From assembly GCA_046290465.1 (NCBI GenBank), contig JBKAGP010000001.1, positions 1,280,001-1,344,000 of the forward strand: 64,000 nt of DNA, given 5' to 3'. Each line of letters begins with the position of its first letter. Position 1 is the first letter of the stretch. The translations under genes were made by a program, and so were the position numbers. The DNA is from Planctomycetota bacterium (GTDB lineage Bacteria > Planctomycetota > UBA1135 > UBA2386). Shown here piece after piece: positions 1-15,609 of the stretch. The notes under the pieces are model-generated. The model ran no database searches, was not told where the DNA came from, and saw nothing but the letters and a program-made list of their open reading frames with translations.

Positions 1-3373
<3,373 letters not shown>

Positions 3374-3374
<1 letters not shown>

Positions 3375-4942
3375 CAGTCGCGGCGGAACACGGCCCTGGC
3401 CGGATCGTCGCGGTGCGCGCAGTGCACGTCCTTGCGGTTGACGGCGAGGTGCAGCAGCGTCGGCCAGCAGTCGGCGGGGTCGGCCCCCACCTCGGCGGCC
3501 AGCGCCGCGACGTCGCGCGGTTCGGCGGTGACGGCCGCGAGCAGCCGCCCCTGCAGCGCCAGCACCTCGCCGGCGGCCTTCTTGCCGGCCTCGACGCCGG
3601 GCTGGTGGTAGGCGTTGGTGTCGATCAGTTCGGCGTAGATCGAGACGGTGCGCTCGAACAGGCCGATCAGCGCCCCCAGCACCCGCTCGTCGATGCGGTC
3701 GACGCAGATCGTCGCCGAGCTGCGACCACTGTCGTGCAGCGCCCGGCGCGTGCCCTGCCAGAAGCCGTCGAGGTAGTCGCCGGCGGTGACGCCGGGCTCG
3801 ACCTCGTGGTGGCCCTGATCGCGGTCCTTCAGCACGCGCACGAACGTCGCGAAGAAGTCGTGGCGGCCGTCGCGCAGCTGCTGCACGTAGGCGTGCTGGT
3901 CGGTCGACCCCTTGTTGCCGTAGACGGCGATGCCCTGGTGGACCTGGTTGCCCTGGCGGTCGTGCTCCTTGCCGAGCGACTCCATCACCAGCTGCTGCAG
4001 GTAGCGCGACAGCAGCAGCAGACGGTCCTTGTACGGCAGCACGACCATCGCGCGTTCGCCCTTGCCGCGACCTTCGTGGTGCCAGTACGCGGCCAGCATC
4101 GCGGCCGGGTTGGCGTAGACGTCCGGGTTGCGGGTGGCGTCGTCCATCGCGGCGGCGCCGGCCAGGAACGCGCGCACGTCCATGCCGATCAGTGCCCCGG
4201 GCAGCAGCCCGACCGCCGACGTCACCGAGGTGCGGCCGCCGACCCAGTCCCACATCGGCAGGGTCTTCAGCCAGCCGTCGTCCTGGGCGCGCTGGTGCAG
4301 CTTGCTGCCGTCGGTGGTGATCGCGACCGCGCGCGGACCGAACGACAGGCCCTGCGCCTCGACCGCGCGCTGCACCTCGAGCATGCCGTTGCGGGTCTCC
4401 GGCGTGCCGCCCGACTTGCTGATCACGACGACCAGCGCGTCCTGCAGCGCGCCCACCCGCTGCAGCGCGAGATCGATGCCCTCGGGGTCGGTGTTGTCGA
4501 GCACCGTCAACGCCATCGGCGCGTCCGGCGTCTGGAACGCGTCGGCCAGCAGCATCGGTCCGAGCGCCGAGCCGCCGATGCCGCACAGCACCACCTTGGT
4601 GAACGCGCCGCCCTCGGGTGGCGCGATGCTGCCGGTGTGCACGGCCTGCGCGAACTGCTCGACGTCGTCGATGGTCGCCTTGATCGCCTCCTCGAGTCCG
4701 GGCTCCGGCGCCAGGCCCGGCGCACGCAGCCAGAAGTGGCCGACGCGGCGGCCCTCGTCCGGGTTGGCGATGCTGCCGGCCTCGAGCTCGCGCATCGCGA
4801 CCAGCGCGCGGTCGAGCGCGGGTTGCAGCGACGCGACGTCGGCTTCGACGAGGGCCGAGTGCGACAGGTCGAGCTCGACGAACGGGTCGTCGAGCACGCT
4901 GCGGAAACGGAGATAACGACCGAAGCGGGTAGAGGTATCCAT
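3374..4942 (-). CDS. pgi: Glucose-6-phosphate isomerase
   Basis: NPDEGRRVGHFWLR, GIGGSALGP, ISKSGGTPET, VGGRTS, QQLVMESLGK, GSTDQHAYVQQL, QPGVEAGKK. Confidence 0.96.
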
Positions 4943-4978
4943 TGCGGCGCGGGTCCGCGCGGATGGTAGTCTCAGCGG

Positions 4979-6454
4979 ATGGACCGCTCCACCGCGATCC
5001 TCGTCGCGCTGATCGCCTTTCTCGTCGCCCTGCTGGTGATCGGGTTCCGCGCCTCGAGACGCACGCACGACTCGGATGGCTTCTACCTCGGCGGCCGCTC
5101 GCTCGGCCCGTGGGTCGCCGCCCTGGCCGCCAACGCCAGTTCGTCGTCGGCGTGGAGCATCGTCGGCGCCAGCGGCTTCGCCTACCGCTTCGGAATGACC
5201 GCGCTGTGGCTGATCCCCGGCTGCGTCGGCGGCTTCCTGCTCAACTGGTTCGTGGTCGCGCCGCGGCTGCGCGCCGACACCGGCGACGCGATCACGCTGA
5301 CCGACTACCTGGCGGGCCCGGTCGGCGCGCCGGGCCGCCGGCGCATCGCGGTGTTCGCGTCGCTGCTGACGCTGGCGTCGCTGCTGACCTACGTCGCCGC
5401 GCAGATGCAGGCCGCCGGCGCGGCGTTCGGGCACGCGTTCCCGGCGACGTTCGGCGGCGACGCCAGCGTCGGCATCGTCATCGGCGCGGTCGTCACGGTG
5501 CTCTACACGCTGTTCGGCGGCTATTTGGCCGCCAGCGTCACCGACACCGTGCAGGGGCTGCTGATGGCGGCGGTCGCCGTGGTCGTGCCGGCCGCGGCGC
5601 TGGTGCACGCCGGCGGCGTCGGGCCGTTCTTCGACGCGGTCGCCAACCTCGGCGCCGACGGCACGTTCACCGAGCTCGACCGCGGCATCGACGCCGAACA
5701 CTGGCTCGGCCTGGGCGGCGCCAACCAGGGCGCCGCGGCGTTCGCGTTCGCGTTCGGGCTGGTCGGCATCGGCCTCGGCTACCCCGGCCAGCCGCACGCG
5801 GTGAACAAGTACATGGGCATGTCGCCGGACGCGTCGATGACCGTCGCGCGCACCGTCGGCCTGACCTGGGCGGTCGTGCTCTACACCGGCATGCTGGTGC
5901 TCGGCTGGTCGGTGCGGATCTGGTTCCCGATGGCTGCCGGCGAGCACGAGTCGGCGATCTACGAGGCGAGCAAGAACCTGCTGCCGGTCGCCGTCGACGG
6001 CGTCGTCGTCGCCAGCGTGCTGGCGGCGATCATGTCGACGGTCGACAGCCAGCTGCTGGTCTGTGCCAGCTCGGTCAGCCACGACCTCGGCCTCGCCAGG
6101 CGCTTTCCCGACCGCATGCTCGCGATCGCGCGCGGCACGGTGCTGGCGATCGGCCTCGGCGCCCTGGTCGCCGCGCTGCTGCTGCCCAAGGACGTGTTCG
6201 GCAACGTGATGTTCGCGTGGGCGGCGCTGGGCTCGGCGTTCGGCCCGATCCTGCTGGTGCGGCTGTGCGTCGGCCCGGTGGCACCGAACTGGGGCTTCCT
6301 GTCGATGCTGGTCGGCGGCGGCAGCGCGGTGCTGTTCTTCTACGTCAACCGGATGCAGCTGACCGACGTGCCGGCCGGCTTCCTCGACCGGGTCGTCTCG
6401 TGGCTGCTCGCGCTCGTGATTGCCTTTGTGGGCACGCGCCGTGCCAGCCGATAG
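4979..6454 (+). CDS. Sodium:solute symporter (PutP-like SSS family)
   Basis: Polytopic hydrophobic ORF with FYLGGRSLGP, GGYLAASVTDTVQG, GYPGQPH and AAIMSTVDSQLL. Confidence 0.9.
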   Translation: MDRSTAILVALIAFLVALLVIGFRASRRTHDSDGFYLGGRSLGPWVAALAANASSSSAWSIVGASGFAYRFGMTALWLIPGCVGGFLLNWFVVAPRLRADTGDAITLTDYLAGPVGAPGRRRIAVFASLLTLASLLTYVAAQMQAAGAAFGHAFPATFGGDASVGIVIGAVVTVLYTLFGGYLAASVTDTVQGLLMAAVAVVVPAAALVHAGGVGPFFDAVANLGADGTFTELDRGIDAEHWLGLGGANQGAAAFAFAFGLVGIGLGYPGQPHAVNKYMGMSPDASMTVARTVGLTWAVVLYTGMLVLGWSVRIWFPMAAGEHESAIYEASKNLLPVAVDGVVVASVLAAIMSTVDSQLLVCASSVSHDLGLARRFPDRMLAIARGTVLAIGLGALVAALLLPKDVFGNVMFAWAALGSAFGPILLVRLCVGPVAPNWGFLSMLVGGGSAVLFFYVNRMQLTDVPAGFLDRVVSWLLALVIAFVGTRRASR

Positions 6455-6464
6455 AACGGCGGTC

Positions 6465-7616
<1,152 letters not shown>

Positions 7617-7684
7617 GCCGCGCTGCCATCGGCGGTTCGGGCCGCGGTTGACCGCCGCGCGGCGCCGCGACGATACCAGCCGCG

Positions 7685-9570
7685 ATGACCGGTCGCAGGA
7701 CCGCAGAAGGGACCAAGCCGCCGCGCACCGGGCCGCTCGCCGGGTGCGTCACGGCGTTCGCGTCGGCGGTCAAGAACCTGACGATCTACCCGCGCAGCCA
7801 CCCGAGGGTGGTTGCGCGCGCCGACGAGTTCGTGCAGTGCCTCGCCGCGATCGACGCCGGCGACCTCGAACTGGCGGTGCACACCGGCGGTCTGCGGGTG
7901 CACGGTGCGGACCTCGCAGCCGACCATCTCGCGGTCCAGTGGCTGGCCCAGCGCTGCCGCGAGGCCGGGGTCCGCGCGATCGCGATCGCCTCCGAATTGC
8001 CGTCCCGACGACGTGCTCTCGTTCGGCGAAGCCCTGACCGCCTGCCGACCCGGCTCGGGGCCAGAGCCTGCCGCAGATCTGGCCGTCCGCCGACGCGCGC
8101 GTGCGGCCACTCGAGCTGGTCGTCGGCGAGCGGCGCTCGGCGCAGGCCACCGCGGCCCCGGACGGCACGCCACCACCGGCCGGCCCGCCCGCCGTGCCGG
8201 ACGTGCCGAGCGACCTGCGCAGCCTGCTGCAACGGATCGCCGAACGTCCTCAGGTGCGCAGCCTGATCGAGGCCCTCGCCGAAGCGGGCGGTGACGGTGT
8301 CGCCACCGGCTCGACGACCCGGCAGGTCGACCTGCTCGGCGTGATCGGCGCACGCATCCCCGCCGACGCGCCGACCGAGCTCGAACCGCTCGCCGCCACC
8401 ATCGAGCAGATCCTGTCGCGAACGCTCGAGGACGCGATCGAGCTGGCCCGCTGCGACAGCCAGGTGCGCGGCGCCGACCTGATGCGCAGTGCGGTGCAGG
8501 TGGCGCAGACGTACTTCGGCCGCTCGGACGTGGCCCCGCCGCAGTCGCGCGCGTTGCCCTCGGGGCGCCCCGAGGACGACTCGATCGCAGCCGACCTGCC
8601 CGCGCTGCTCGACGAACTGCGGGCCCTGCCCGCGGCCGAGGACCTGCGCCTGCCGCCCGCGCACGAACTCGATCTCGGCGCACCGACCATCGACCGGGAA
8701 CTGCTCGGCATCTGCCTGCACGGTCTGGCCGACGCGACCAGCACCGAGCGGCGCGCTGCGCTGCTGCGCTGGGTCGCGTCGACCGCGACGCGCGCGCCCG
8801 ACGGCGTCGACCAGGTGCTGCACGCCTACCTCGGGCCGCACAGCGCGTTGCCCCAGCCCACACGCCTCAGGATCCTGTCGGGCATGCTCGCAGCGGACCT
8901 GGTCGACACCGTGCGGCACGGTGGCTACCTCGACGACGACCTGTTGCGCGGCGGCTTCCCCGAGGTGCTGGCGCTGGCGGCGCGGACGTTCCGCGAGCCG
9001 GACGACTTCCGCCGGCTGCGCCTCGCGCTCGACGACATCGCGCCGCTGCTCGACAACGGCGGCGCCGACGCCGCTGCCGACGCCGGACACCTGGATGCGG
9101 ACCAGACGATCCGGCTGCTGGCCCGAACCGGCGGCCGCGCTGCGCTGCAACTGCTGGCGCGCAGCCGCAACCGCGACGGCCTGCGCGACGCCATGGTCGA
9201 AAGCGCGCGCGACCTCGGCCTGCCCGACGCCGAACGGATCGCGCTCGAGCGCAACCTCGCCGAACGCCTGCCGCGAGCCTACCAGGAGCGCCTGCTGCAG
9301 GCGTGCGCCGACGGAGCGTTCCCGTCGGCGCTGCGCGCCACCACCGCCGAGATCCTGAGCTCATACCTGCGAGGCAACCTGCGCACGGTGCCGGCGGCGG
9401 AGCTCGCGGACGCCGTCGACGCGCTCGAGCAGATCCCGTGCGCCCAGACTCGCACCTGCCTGGAGGCGCTGGCCCGGGCCGGCCGATTCTCGCTGTCCGC
9501 GGACCTGCGGGCGCTGCGGCAGCGAGCCCGCGAAGTGCTCGACCGCGCCTTCGGGAGAGCACGGTCATGA
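7685..9570 (+). pseudogene. Hypothetical helical protein split by two apparent +1 frameshifts (pseudogene or sequencing error)
   Basis: Coding-like text moves from the 7685 frame (..VRAIAIAS) to the 7812 frame (CRPDDVLSFGEALTACRPGSG) near 7995. It moves again to the 8101 frame (QSLPQIWPSADARVRPLELVV..) near 8060. The stop overlaps the HD-GYP start. Confidence 0.65.
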
Positions 9571-10976
9571 CCATCCCGCCCCCGGACGAGCGCGAGCGCA
9601 TCGACACCCGGACCGAGGCCACGCTGCTGGCCGAGGACCTGGCCGCAGCGCTCGTCAACAGCCGCATCTACGCGCTCGACCACCCGCGCGTACGCAGCTC
9701 GGTCGACCAGGTCCACCAGCGTGTGCGAACCCTGTGCGAGACCGAAGACACCCCGTCGGTCCGACTCGGCTCCTGGGACGGTATGGTCATCTACCGGCAG
9801 AAGCCGCTGCTCGGCGCCAGCATGGGCATGCAGCGCTGGAACGACAAGCTCGCCGAGTTCGGCGCTGGCGGCGTCGAGTTCGACGCCGGCGTCTCCACCT
9901 CCGACCTGCAGCTGTTCTTCGCGACCGTGCTCGAACGGCAACAACAGCCGCTCGACTGGTCGCAGTGCAACGAGCGGCTCGCCGCGCGCCAATGCGTCGG
10001 CATGCGGTTGCTGCCGCCGTACAGCGATGGCATCGAGCACGCGATCGGCGAGCCGGTGCAGCTCGGCCTCGGCTTCCACCAGAACGTCATGGACCTGCTG
10101 CAGAACGTCACCGTGCAGGTGTGTCGTGGCGGGCGGATCGACTTCGACCCGGTGCAGGCACAGGCCGAGCAGATGCTGCACCGCCTCGAGGCGCGCGACG
10201 AGCTGCGCCTGAGCCTCGCGCGGCACGAGCAGTTCGATGCGTTCACGTTCGGCCACTCGATGCGCGTCGCGATCCTGGCGATGAACTTCGCGATACAGCT
10301 GACCGACGACCGCGACCTGGTGGTGCGCATCGGCAGCGCGGCGCTGCTGCACGACGTCGGCAAGTCGCTGATTCCGTTCGAGATCCTGCACAGCCATCGG
10401 CAACTCGACGAGGACGAACGGCGCGAGATGAACCGCCACGCCGAGCTCGGCGCGCAGTGCCTGCTCGATCACGACGACGCCGACCCGCTCGCGGTCGCCG
10501 CCGCCTTCGGCCACCACCGCAGCGGCGACGGCAGCGGCTACCCGCGCACCACGCACGACCACCCGGTCTCGATGGTCACGTCGATCGTCAAGATCTGCGA
10601 CATCTTCGAAGCCCTGACCGCCGCGCGTCCGTACAAGCAGCCGATGTCGCCGATCCGCGCCTACCGCGTCATGCTCGCCATGGGCGACAAGCTCGATCGG
10701 CGCCTGCTGCGTCGCTTCATCGAGTCCAACGGCGTATACCCGGTCGGCCAACTGGTCGAGCTCGACGACGGCACCGTCGCCGTCGTGCGCGCCCAGACCG
10801 ACGATGCCCTGCGGCCCAAGGTCGAACGGCTCGAGGCACCGAACGTGACCGACCTGGTGCGCGGCGACGAACCGCTGCTCGACCTCAGCGACCTGCCGTG
10901 CGACTGCGCTCGTCAGGTGCTGCGCGAACTGACGCCGGACCAGGCCGAGACCCGACGGGCAGAGCGCCGCGGCTGA
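9567..10976 (+). CDS. HD-GYP domain cyclic di-nucleotide phosphodiesterase
   Basis: FTFGHSMRV, LLHDVGK, HHRSGDGSGYP, CDIFEALTAARPYK, and a C-terminal GVYPVGQLVELDDG. Confidence 0.9.
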   Translation: MTIPPPDERERIDTRTEATLLAEDLAAALVNSRIYALDHPRVRSSVDQVHQRVRTLCETEDTPSVRLGSWDGMVIYRQKPLLGASMGMQRWNDKLAEFGAGGVEFDAGVSTSDLQLFFATVLERQQQPLDWSQCNERLAARQCVGMRLLPPYSDGIEHAIGEPVQLGLGFHQNVMDLLQNVTVQVCRGGRIDFDPVQAQAEQMLHRLEARDELRLSLARHEQFDAFTFGHSMRVAILAMNFAIQLTDDRDLVVRIGSAALLHDVGKSLIPFEILHSHRQLDEDERREMNRHAELGAQCLLDHDDADPLAVAAAFGHHRSGDGSGYPRTTHDHPVSMVTSIVKICDIFEALTAARPYKQPMSPIRAYRVMLAMGDKLDRRLLRRFIESNGVYPVGQLVELDDGTVAVVRAQTDDALRPKVERLEAPNVTDLVRGDEPLLDLSDLPCDCARQVLRELTPDQAETRRAERRG

Positions 10977-11074
10977 CGCGGCGCAGCCACGGCCGCAAGC
11001 GGCCCGCAGGGTCGCCCCAGGACAACGAGTCCCCAAGGCCAACGAGCCATCGACCAGCTGTCGACCACTGCCGA

Positions 11075-12439
11075 CTAACTGCCGATGCGCGCGCGGCCGA
11101 GGCCGGTGGCGCCGGGGAACAGCTGGCTGCTGGCGAAGTCGACCACCAGGCCCTGGCAGAAGAACTGCAGGCCGTAGATGGCCGGCGAGTTGGGCAGCAC
11201 GAAGCTGTGCGACGCCACGCCGCCGCTGGCGAGCGAGAACACCGTGACCTCGGCGGACGTGCGCAACTCGCACCCGGGCAGACCGATCGCGGCGAGGTCC
11301 GCCGGCAGCGGCACGCCGTTCCACACGGTGTCCGACTCGCCGTATGCGGTCAGCACGCCGGTCGCCGTGCCGAGGTTGCCGTAGTCGAGGTCGAACGACT
11401 GGCCGATCGTCGGCGTCGTTCCGGAGAACGTCACCGCCCCGCCCGCCGGCGGGCAGTCCGGCCCGTAGATCGTGAAGTCGCCGGTCTGCGCCGCCTGGTA
11501 GGTCCAGAGGTCGTTCTGCACGCCAGGGCCGTAACCGCCGAACGTGATCAGCCGGCTGTTCAGCAGATCGTAGGCGGAGTTGTCAAAGTCCCGGCGAGGG
11601 CTCGGCGAGGTCGCCGGCGCGCGCTCGATCCAGTCGTAGCCGTCCCACTCCCAGGTGTCGCCGACGTTCTGGAACGACTGGATGAAGCCGCCGAACAGCA
11701 CGATGCGCTGCGCCACCAGGTCGTACTCGATCGTCGCGGAGACCCGCACGCCGGGCGAGTTGGCCGGAAACCGCTGCGTCCAGTCGCTGCCGTCGTACTC
11801 CCACGTCTCGCCGTTGTAGACGTTGGTCGAGGTGTCGCCGCCGTGCAGGACCATGACCCCGCGGTTGGCGTCGAACGCCATCCGGCAGTTGCGACCCGAC
11901 GGCGCGTTGGGCGTCTGGATCTGCGTCCAGTCGACGCCGTCCCACTCCCAGGTGTCGTTCTGGTAGCCGCCGCCGAACATCACGACGACCCCGCGGATCG
12001 AGTCGTACGCCATGCCCTGCTGGCGGCGGTTGGGAGGCACCGTGCTCGGCTGCGCCAGCGTCCAGTCGACGCCGTCCCACAGCCAGGTCTCGCTCAGCGG
12101 TCCGTTCGTCAGCCCGCCGAACATCACGGTGTTGCCGCGGATCAGGTCGTAGCACATCGCGCCGAGGTAGCGTCCGGGAGGCACCGTGGTCGGAGCCATC
12201 TGCGTCCAGCTGGTCCCGTCGAACTCCCAGGTGTCGTCCTGGTAGGAGACGGCGGCGAGGCGCCCGCCGAACACCACCAGCTTGCCGCGCGCGATGTCGA
12301 ACGAGGTCTGGTGCTGCCAGCGCGGCGCCGGCACCGGCCCGGTCGGGTTCAGCTGCACCCAGTTGCCCTGGGCGCAGGCGGCGGTGTGGACCGAAAACGC
12401 CGCGGTGATCGCGGCGACGAGGTGGGCGGTTGCGTTCAT
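11075..12439 (-). CDS. Secreted Kelch-like beta-propeller protein with a C-terminal beta domain
   Basis: Signal peptide, followed by about six repeats of P.PR....YD..RG..V.FGG....DTWEWDG.DW. Confidence 0.85.
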   Translation of the reverse strand: MNATAHLVAAITAAFSVHTAACAQGNWVQLNPTGPVPAPRWQHQTSFDIARGKLVVFGGRLAAVSYQDDTWEFDGTSWTQMAPTTVPPGRYLGAMCYDLIRGNTVMFGGLTNGPLSETWLWDGVDWTLAQPSTVPPNRRQQGMAYDSIRGVVVMFGGGYQNDTWEWDGVDWTQIQTPNAPSGRNCRMAFDANRGVMVLHGGDTSTNVYNGETWEYDGSDWTQRFPANSPGVRVSATIEYDLVAQRIVLFGGFIQSFQNVGDTWEWDGYDWIERAPATSPSPRRDFDNSAYDLLNSRLITFGGYGPGVQNDLWTYQAAQTGDFTIYGPDCPPAGGAVTFSGTTPTIGQSFDLDYGNLGTATGVLTAYGESDTVWNGVPLPADLAAIGLPGCELRTSAEVTVFSLASGGVASHSFVLPNSPAIYGLQFFCQGLVVDFASSQLFPGATGLGRARIGS

Positions 12440-12577
12440 GAGCGAGGTGGGATCTTCTCCTTGCGGCCCACTCTACCGCCGCTGGCCGCCCCAGGGCAGC
12501 CCCGGCGATCGCGGCCAGCCCCGGCGGCGTCGGGCCAGCCGTTCGCCACCCGGGCGGCCTTGCCGCAACCGATTCCC

Positions 12578-13849
12578 CTACCCTTCGGAAATGCGCTCGA
12601 TGTCGGCGCCGATGCCCTGCAGCTTGTTCTCGATGCGTTCGTAGCCGCGATCGATGTGGTAGACGCGGCGCACGTCGGTGGCGCCGCGCGCGACCAGGCC
12701 GGCGAGCACCAGGCTGGCCGACGCGCGCAGGTCGCTGGCCATCACCGGGGCCCCGCGCAGCTCTTCGGTGCCTTCGATGATCGCGCTCGGGCCCTCGCGA
12801 CGGATGCGCGCGCCGAGGCGCTGCAGCTCGGAGGCGTGGATGAAGCGCTCGGGGTAGATCTTCTCGGTGATGACGGACACGCCCTGGGCGCGCGTCATCA
12901 GCGCCATGAACTGCGCCTGCAGGTCGGTCGGGAAGCCCGGGTAGGCCATCGTGGTGACGTCGACCGCCTTGAGCTGGCCGGACGACGTCGGCATCACCCG
13001 GATCGAGTCCTTGCCGACGTCGAGCTGCGCCCCGGCCGCGCGCAGCCGGTCGATCACCGCCAGCAGGTGCATCGGGTTGCAGTCGGTGACCGTGACGTCG
13101 CCGTTGAGCATCACCGCGCCGCACAAGAACGTGCCGGCCTCGATGCGGTCCGGGATCATGTCCCACTCACAGCCGTGCAGAGTGTCGACGCCCTCGATCG
13201 TCAGCAGGTGGCCGCCGATGCCCGAGATGCGGGCGCCACAGGCGTTGAGGAAGTGGCACAGGTCCTCGATCTCGGGCTCCATCGCCGCGCACTCGAGGTG
13301 GGTCGTGCCGGTCGACAGCGTCGCCGCCATCAGCACGTTCGCGGTGCCGAGCACCGTCGATCCCATGTTGCCGCCGAGGAAGCAGACGCCGCCGGACGGC
13401 CGGCCGCTCAGCGTCACGTAGCCGTCGGACAGCTCGACGTTGCCGCCGATGTCGCGCAGGCCCTTGATGTGCAGGTCGACCGGGCGGTGGCCGAACACGC
13501 AGCCGCCGGGGTAGCTGACCCGGGCCACGCCGCGCCGCGCCCACAGCGGGCCGAGCACGACGAAGCTGGCGCGCATCGTGCGGACCAGATCGTACGGAGC
13601 GACGTAGACCGTCTTGTCCTTGGCCTCGAGTTCGAGCGCGCCATCGGGCCGCCACGAGTGCACGACGCCGAGCTTGCCGAGGATGCGGAGGAGGTTCTCG
13701 ACGTCCTTCAGCCGCGGCATGTTGCGCAGCAGGATCGGACCATCGACCAGCAGCGAAGCTGCCAGGATCGGCAGTGCGCCATTCTTGCTACCGGAAACAC
13801 GAACGGTGCCGCGCAAGCCGCGGCCACCCCGGATACGGATTCGATCCAA
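12578..13849 (-). CDS. murA: UDP-N-acetylglucosamine 1-carboxyvinyltransferase
   Basis: [32 protein letters not shown] (catalytic Cys), [33 protein letters not shown] start with GGAGG upstream. Confidence 0.96.
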   Translation of the reverse strand: MDRIRIRGGRGLRGTVRVSGSKNGALPILAASLLVDGPILLRNMPRLKDVENLLRILGKLGVVHSWRPDGALELEAKDKTVYVAPYDLVRTMRASFVVLGPLWARRGVARVSYPGGCVFGHRPVDLHIKGLRDIGGNVELSDGYVTLSGRPSGGVCFLGGNMGSTVLGTANVLMAATLSTGTTHLECAAMEPEIEDLCHFLNACGARISGIGGHLLTIEGVDTLHGCEWDMIPDRIEAGTFLCGAVMLNGDVTVTDCNPMHLLAVIDRLRAAGAQLDVGKDSIRVMPTSSGQLKAVDVTTMAYPGFPTDLQAQFMALMTRAQGVSVITEKIYPERFIHASELQRLGARIRREGPSAIIEGTEELRGAPVMASDLRASASLVLAGLVARGATDVRRVYHIDRGYERIENKLQGIGADIERISEG

Positions 13850-13977
13850 GGACCCCCTCCAAGCCAGCCGATCGACCCGGGCAATAGGTCGCTGGCTGAG
13901 TTTTGAACACTGGTGAGAACGAAACGAGTCCGCAAGTCTTGGCGTGCATCCCGGTTGCTCGTTGCGGAGCACCGTCG

Positions 13978-14047
13978 TGTGGATTCGACGTGGATGGTTA
14001 TCCACATCATTTCCACAGCTGCGACGGAGCCGGCTGACCGATCCACG
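13978..14047. promoter_or_regulatory. Cluster of DnaA-box-like 9-mers
   Basis: One perfect TTATCCACA at 13998-14006. Variants at 13978-13986 and 13989-13997 (minus strand), 14009-14017 and 14039-14047. Confidence 0.5.
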
Positions 14048-14333
14048 CCTCGCCCTGCGGCGTTCCGCCAGTGTGACCCTCCGATGCCATCGGTGCAAGC
14101 GCGCCGTTCAAGTTCTTCGCCCGACCGAGTTGCTTTCCGAGGTGACCACTTGGCTGTTGGTCCGACCACGATCCCTGCGCGAGTCCTGCGGACGGCGACG
14201 GGATCGCTTGCACAGGGCGCGTCATGCGCGTGTTGTCGGCCGACCCGATCGACCGGCGAGCGATCCTGCGGATGCGCGGCACAGAATCAGGCCTGCCGAT
14301 CCACGGGCCTGCCGCTCACCAACAGCCAAGTGG

Positions 14334-15206
14334 TCAGTTGGGGCCGGGGGCGTCGAAGTCGTGTTCGGCGAGGTCGACCAGGACTTCGACCCGATCGAGC
14401 CCCGCGCCGCAGCGGAGCACCCGTTCGCCGTCGTGGTCGAGCACGTAGACCCGCCCCTGCTCGTCGAGCGCCAGCGCCAGCGGATCGCGGCACGCCTCGT
14501 CGAGCGCCGGCAGCGGCAGGCGGGTGCCGTCGGGCCGCAGGGAGAGCAGCCGTGCGTCGACGCCGCCGTGGTCGACCACCAGCAGTTCGCCGCCGGCCAG
14601 CCGCACGACCGCTCCCGGCCGCGCCCCCTCGCCGCCCTGGCCGAGGCCGCGCTCCTGCACGAACGCACCGTCGTGGCGGAACGTCTGCAGCCGGCCCCGC
14701 AGGGTGTCGGCGACGACCAGGCCGCGCGCATCGCACCAGATGCCGCGCGGCGCCCCCCACTTCTCGCCCGGTTCGCCGCGTGCCGGCAACGCCCGGAGCG
14801 CGTGGCCGCCGAGGTCGAAGCACTGCACGGCGCGCCGCCGCGCACGTTCGCCGGTCACCACCCAGACGCGGTCGCGATGGCAGGCGACCGCGTGCGGTCG
14901 CTCGAGCACGCCGAGCTTGTCACGGCCACGATCGCCGCTGCTGGGCGGCGGCAACCCGAGATCGCCGAGGTGCTGGCCGAACGCGTTGTAGCGGCGCACG
15001 CACTGGTTCTGCGGGTCGGCGACGAACAGCCGGAAGTGGGCGTCGACGGCGACGCCGCCCGCGTCCGAGAAGCCGGAGGCGCCGACCGGCGTGGTCCACG
15101 ACGACATCCGCTCGCGCGCGTCGAGGTCGTAGAGGAACACGTGGCCGCGGCCGGCGGACCAGGTCACGCACAGCAAGTTGCTTCGAACCGCCAGCCCGCC
15201 GATCAT
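14334..15206 (-). CDS. NHL-repeat / beta-propeller protein
   Basis: Repeats such as GVAVDAHFRLFVADPQNQCVRRY, PRGIWCDARGLVVADTLRGRLQTF and PLALALDEQGRVYVLD. Confidence 0.8.
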   Translation of the reverse strand: MIGGLAVRSNLLCVTWSAGRGHVFLYDLDARERMSSWTTPVGASGFSDAGGVAVDAHFRLFVADPQNQCVRRYNAFGQHLGDLGLPPPSSGDRGRDKLGVLERPHAVACHRDRVWVVTGERARRRAVQCFDLGGHALRALPARGEPGEKWGAPRGIWCDARGLVVADTLRGRLQTFRHDGAFVQERGLGQGGEGARPGAVVRLAGGELLVVDHGGVDARLLSLRPDGTRLPLPALDEACRDPLALALDEQGRVYVLDHDGERVLRCGAGLDRVEVLVDLAEHDFDAPGPN

Positions 15207-15213
15207 CGCGACG

Positions 15214-15609
15214 ATGCTACCTGACGGACCGCGCCCGATCCGTTCTTCGCTGCTCGGATTGCTCGCCGCCGTCACGGTGTGCGCGGCTCCGGTGGCCGTG
15301 GTCGGATCGTGTTCGGTGATGCCCGAAGCCTCGCTCCCGCCGCACGTCGACTACACCTTCGACGCGCGCTATCGGGTCGGCGACGACGGCGCGATCGTGT
15401 TGCCGACCTCGCGCCGCATGCTGGTGATCCAGCGCCTCGACGTGGTGCCACCGGCGCGGTCCGAGTCGTTCGCCGATGGCGTGCGCGCGCTGCACTTCGC
15501 GCCGGGCACCGACGTACGGGTGCAGGGTGCGCTGCGCGCCTACGCGCTCGCGGACGGCACCACGCCGACGCTGGCCGACCTGCTGCCTGGAGCCGAACTG
15601 TCGCGATGA
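15214..15609 (+). CDS. Small exported or lipoprotein-like hypothetical protein (start uncertain)
   Basis: Hydrophobic N-terminal stretch ending VVGSC. The stop overlaps the next ATG. Confidence 0.5.
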   Translation: MLPDGPRPIRSSLLGLLAAVTVCAAPVAVVGSCSVMPEASLPPHVDYTFDARYRVGDDGAIVLPTSRRMLVIQRLDVVPPARSESFADGVRALHFAPGTDVRVQGALRAYALADGTTPTLADLLPGAELSR

